The notes beneath the pieces are model-generated. The model was not told the DNA's origin, made no database searches, and saw only the letters and a program-made list of their open reading frames with translations. A stretch of 64,000 nucleotides of DNA. Source: Trichodelitschia bisporula. Its lineage: Eukaryota. Positions 60,944 through 64,000 of this stretch are shown in pieces. How positions within the stretch are numbered: position 1 is the stretch's first letter; every line of letters begins with the position of its first letter. The stretch is from positions 815,061-879,060 of the forward strand of contig ML996695.1 in NCBI GenBank assembly GCA_010356995.1, written 5' to 3'. A program made the position numbers and the translations under genes.

Positions 60944-62516
60944 TTAGTACCGCCCCGGAATCGGCACGCTCGCTTGCTGATACTGCCCCGGAATAGGCAC
61001 ACTCCCCTGCGGGTACTGCCCCAGCTCCACAGGCTGCTGCCCCTGATACTGCGCTCCAAACCCAGGCGCGCCATACGCAGGCGCCTGCCTCTGCCTCTGC
61101 TGTGCGCCATAATCATATGCCTCCTGCAAATTTCTCTCCGTCGCTTGCTCATCCTTCATATCTTTCCCATGACTTGCCCAGCAATACTTCGCGCCAAACG
61201 CAAACAGATACATGATCACAACCGCCACCACCAGCGGACCCCACACCCGGTTGTACCCCGGCGACAAAGCGAGTGGGAAGCCTAGCCCCGCGGCTGTGAC
61301 GCCGAGCACGAAGGTCAGGAGCCCGAGCAGTGGGTGCAGCAGCCGGGTTGGGTTCTTGCGCGGCGCGAGGTCGGGCACTTTTGTGGGGTGTGCGCTGGGG
61401 TCGACGGTCCGCGTTGCGAGGTGGGTGCGTAGGCGCAGGTAGCCTAGCCCGGCTTGCGCGAGGATGACGAATATGACGATGAGACCTAGGACTTGATGCG
61501 CCGTGTTGTAAGATTTGGACTACGGATTACGGTTAGAGGCTGATGATAGCCAGATGAAGAAGGTACTACGAAAGGGGCACTCACGCGAACGAAAAGCGTC
61601 GAGAGGTGAATCCCCAACCCTAATCCAACGACGAAAAATAGCGCGAACGCGCCCTGCAGGTACATATGCAACTTCCACCGGCGCATCAGGCGGAACAGCA
61701 TCGCGTCGACCGGGAGCCAAAATGCGAACGCAAGGCACATGATCGCGGCGTGGGCCGCGCCGATCCAGTCATGCCGGGTGACCTTGACCGGGCCGGGGTT
61801 CGAGTCGCTCGCCTTCAGCCCGAGCGCGGGGATCCCGACATTGTCGCTATTTGGCGAGGTCGCGGCGCGCATGTCGAAGGTGAATTGGCCGTGGAGCGCG
61901 TGGCTGCGCAAAGGCGCGGCGGGACTATTCGAGGCCCGGACGGAGGAGGAGGAGGGCGGGCCGACGGCGAACATGAATGGTGCCGCAGCAGAGGTAAGGT
62001 CCAAGGGAGGGTTGCTAAAGTGTGTGCAGTTGAAGCAGATGAACTCGAGGGAGTAGACGCCGGCGGTAGAGTCGAGGCTGTCGACGTGGTTGGAGCCTGG
62101 CTCCGAGGTGTTGGTCATCAGCCGGGCGTTGATGGCGGAGCTGTAGGCTGGCTCGGTGTTGCCGGTGGAGAGGCGCGGGGAGAAGGTTATGTTGGTTCCG
62201 CTCTTGCTTGGGTAGGCGAGGAACATCAATGCGTTCTTCATCGAGGCCCCGATGCCGACGGCGATCCAGTCGAAGCCGCTTGGGGCTTGGACGCGGAAGT
62301 AGAGATCGCCGGTGTCGGCGACCGCGCTCAGCGAGACTGTGAAGTTGGTCTCATCGAAGGAATACACAAACGTCGCTGAGCCAGCTGCCTGCGCCAGGGT
62401 CGACAATAAGCCTGCCATTATTAGCCTCCCATACCCAAAACTCGTCAAAGCCTCATACCAAGCAGCAAAACCGCCGCGCGCAGCGCAGCGCCGAAGTTAA
62501 AGAAACCCGCGCGCAT
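60944..62516 (-). CDS. Membrane protein: CDH-type DOMON cytochrome domain plus cytochrome b561 domain, 3 exons
   Basis: Signal peptide from ATG 62516 (intron approx. 62458-62411). WIAVGIGASMKNALMF (Met ligand), SPRLSTG, CFNC, LRSHALHG (His ligand); b561 helices with AHAAIM, LHMYLQ, LHPLLG; PGQYQ-rich tail. Confidence 0.85.
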
Positions 62517-63566
62517 GATTTCGGCGAAGAACTACGAAGTGGAGTAAAAAAAAAGAGCTCGTCTCGAGGTCGCCGCGGACTCAGAATCGCGGTCAACGCT
62601 GCTCCTTTTTAATAGATCCCCTCATCCCCTCTCGAAGCGCCCGCCGCGCCTGCGCGTGCACGGCATCTGAACCGCCCTTGGTCGCAAGGCTGGTTGGGCT
62701 TGGCGCCTAACCGCCGTGCCTGATTGGCTGGCGGGTGTGAGATCACGGCGGGAGGGGGGGCCAATCCTGGGGATGGAGGGAGGGGTGATGGAGGCGAGGC
62801 CGCGTGTGTGGTCTGTGGGGATGATGGATGAGGGATATGGTGGTGGGGTTTTTGGGTCGGTGGGATGAATGCGTGCTGAGATGCATGGAGAGGGTTGAAG
62901 CGGGAGCCGGTGCCGCGGGAATGCTGACTTCAGATGGCGTGTGGAATCACTCATGGCATCGAAGTGCTCAAGAAGTGCAGTCGGCATGAATAATGACAGC
63001 AGGGGTGAATGGCTCTCTTGTTGGGTCTATTTTCGTCGTCGGGAAGACGTTCTGCATTTGGTGATACCTTTGAGTCAACCTGACCGGAAAGGCCAACTGC
63101 TAATCATCTTAGGTCTCAAGCCAGAGATATCGATGAGATTGAAGCCTTCAGAGAGTTTAGGATGGTTGTCAATGGAGTTGGAGTGAAGAGTGCAGCAACA
63201 TGAGATGAGGTTGTCCGTTCCGTCTTGGCAACTGAACCTCCTCCAAGCATCACGACCTTCCCAAAACGGAAATCAGCTGAACCTCACTTAACTACCCGCA
63301 ACACCAAGGTTCCATCAACACCACATCGTCATCGGGAAAACTCCGACAGTCCGATGTTGTTTCCGATATAGTACCCTAGCCTCTCCGTCCCCAATTAGCC
63401 ACGCCTCCACCCCCCCCGCATCACGAGCCGCCCCCCGGTCAGATATATATTTCTCCGAGCCATGGCGCGGAATATATCCACAGCGCACACACCCCACCAC
63501 ACCCGCGACGAGCTGCCATCATCAACCTCACCAACCTCACCACCCTAACCCCACCACCCCGCCCCA

Positions 63567-64000
63567 ATGGCACTCCTAACCCTCCTCCTCCTCCCCTTCC
63601 TCCTCACCCCCTTCACAGCAGCCCACGGCTCGCTCAAAGCCATCGAGGTGGCCGGAAAGCAATACCTCGCCTGGCAAATCAACGCCGATCCCTACGTCAA
63701 GCCGCCACCGCTGCGGTACGCGCGGCGGGTGCTCAATGAAGGACCAGTGAAGGACTTCACGGGCAAGGGGATAACATGTGGCGATGCCGGGAACGAGGCT
63801 GCGGGGGGCACGATCGCGGTGCGGGCTGGGGAGAAAGTGTACAAGCCCCCATCCCTCATATCCAAAACCGCAGAGGGGAAAGCAAACTGATGTTGGGGCG
63901 ATAGTAAGCTCATCTGGGACCAATGGGGCTCGTCCCACTCCGGCCCCGTCATGAACTACATGGCGAAATGCACGCCCTCCTGCGCGAACTTCAAAGGCGA
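63567..64000 (+). CDS. AA9 (GH61) lytic polysaccharide monooxygenase, truncated by window end
   Basis: Signal peptide then N-terminal His (AA-HG), GPVKD...ITCG, VRAG; after intron approx. 63839-63904, WGSSHSGPVMNYMAKC with the second His of the brace. Confidence 0.9.

Noticed and set aside
1..64000. CRISPR arrays, transposons, tRNA/rRNA genes, alternative genetic code
   Set aside because: No repeat-spacer arrays, transposase or RT motifs, or cloverleafs seen by eye; all three stop codons terminate conserved genes at expected positions.

Overview
Gene-dense, intron-rich eukaryotic DNA from a filamentous ascomycete (Pezizomycotina; short GT-AG introns with CTRAC-type branch points). I can support about 26 protein-coding genes. 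Housekeeping genes: ISD11, PRP21, PMT1, RPS27, dapB, a PTC7-like phosphatase, an F-box/JmjC protein, eIF4A, FAHD1/FMP41, dienelactone hydrolase, MAG2/RNF10, UBP3/USP10, ERG4, TRM5, a kinesin-3 and TMA22. Also present: a divergent MFS transporter/TauD dioxygenase pair next to a stand-alone CBS-domain gene, a divergent DOMON-cytochrome b561/AA9 LPMO pair, and several fungal hypothetical genes. RNA features absent from the ORF track are a clear U1 snRNA gene (59541-59710, minus) and a candidate intronic H/ACA snoRNA (21325-21463, minus). The most unusual signals are single in-frame stop codons that cut off plausible protein segments in three genes (PRP21 C-terminus, TRM5 mitochondrial-presequence-like extension, JmjC N-terminus), and head-to-head pairs of functionally linked genes (RNF10-type E3 with USP10-type deubiquitinase; cytochrome with LPMO). 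All family assignments come from motif recognition by eye, not database searches. Exon boundaries are manual predictions.
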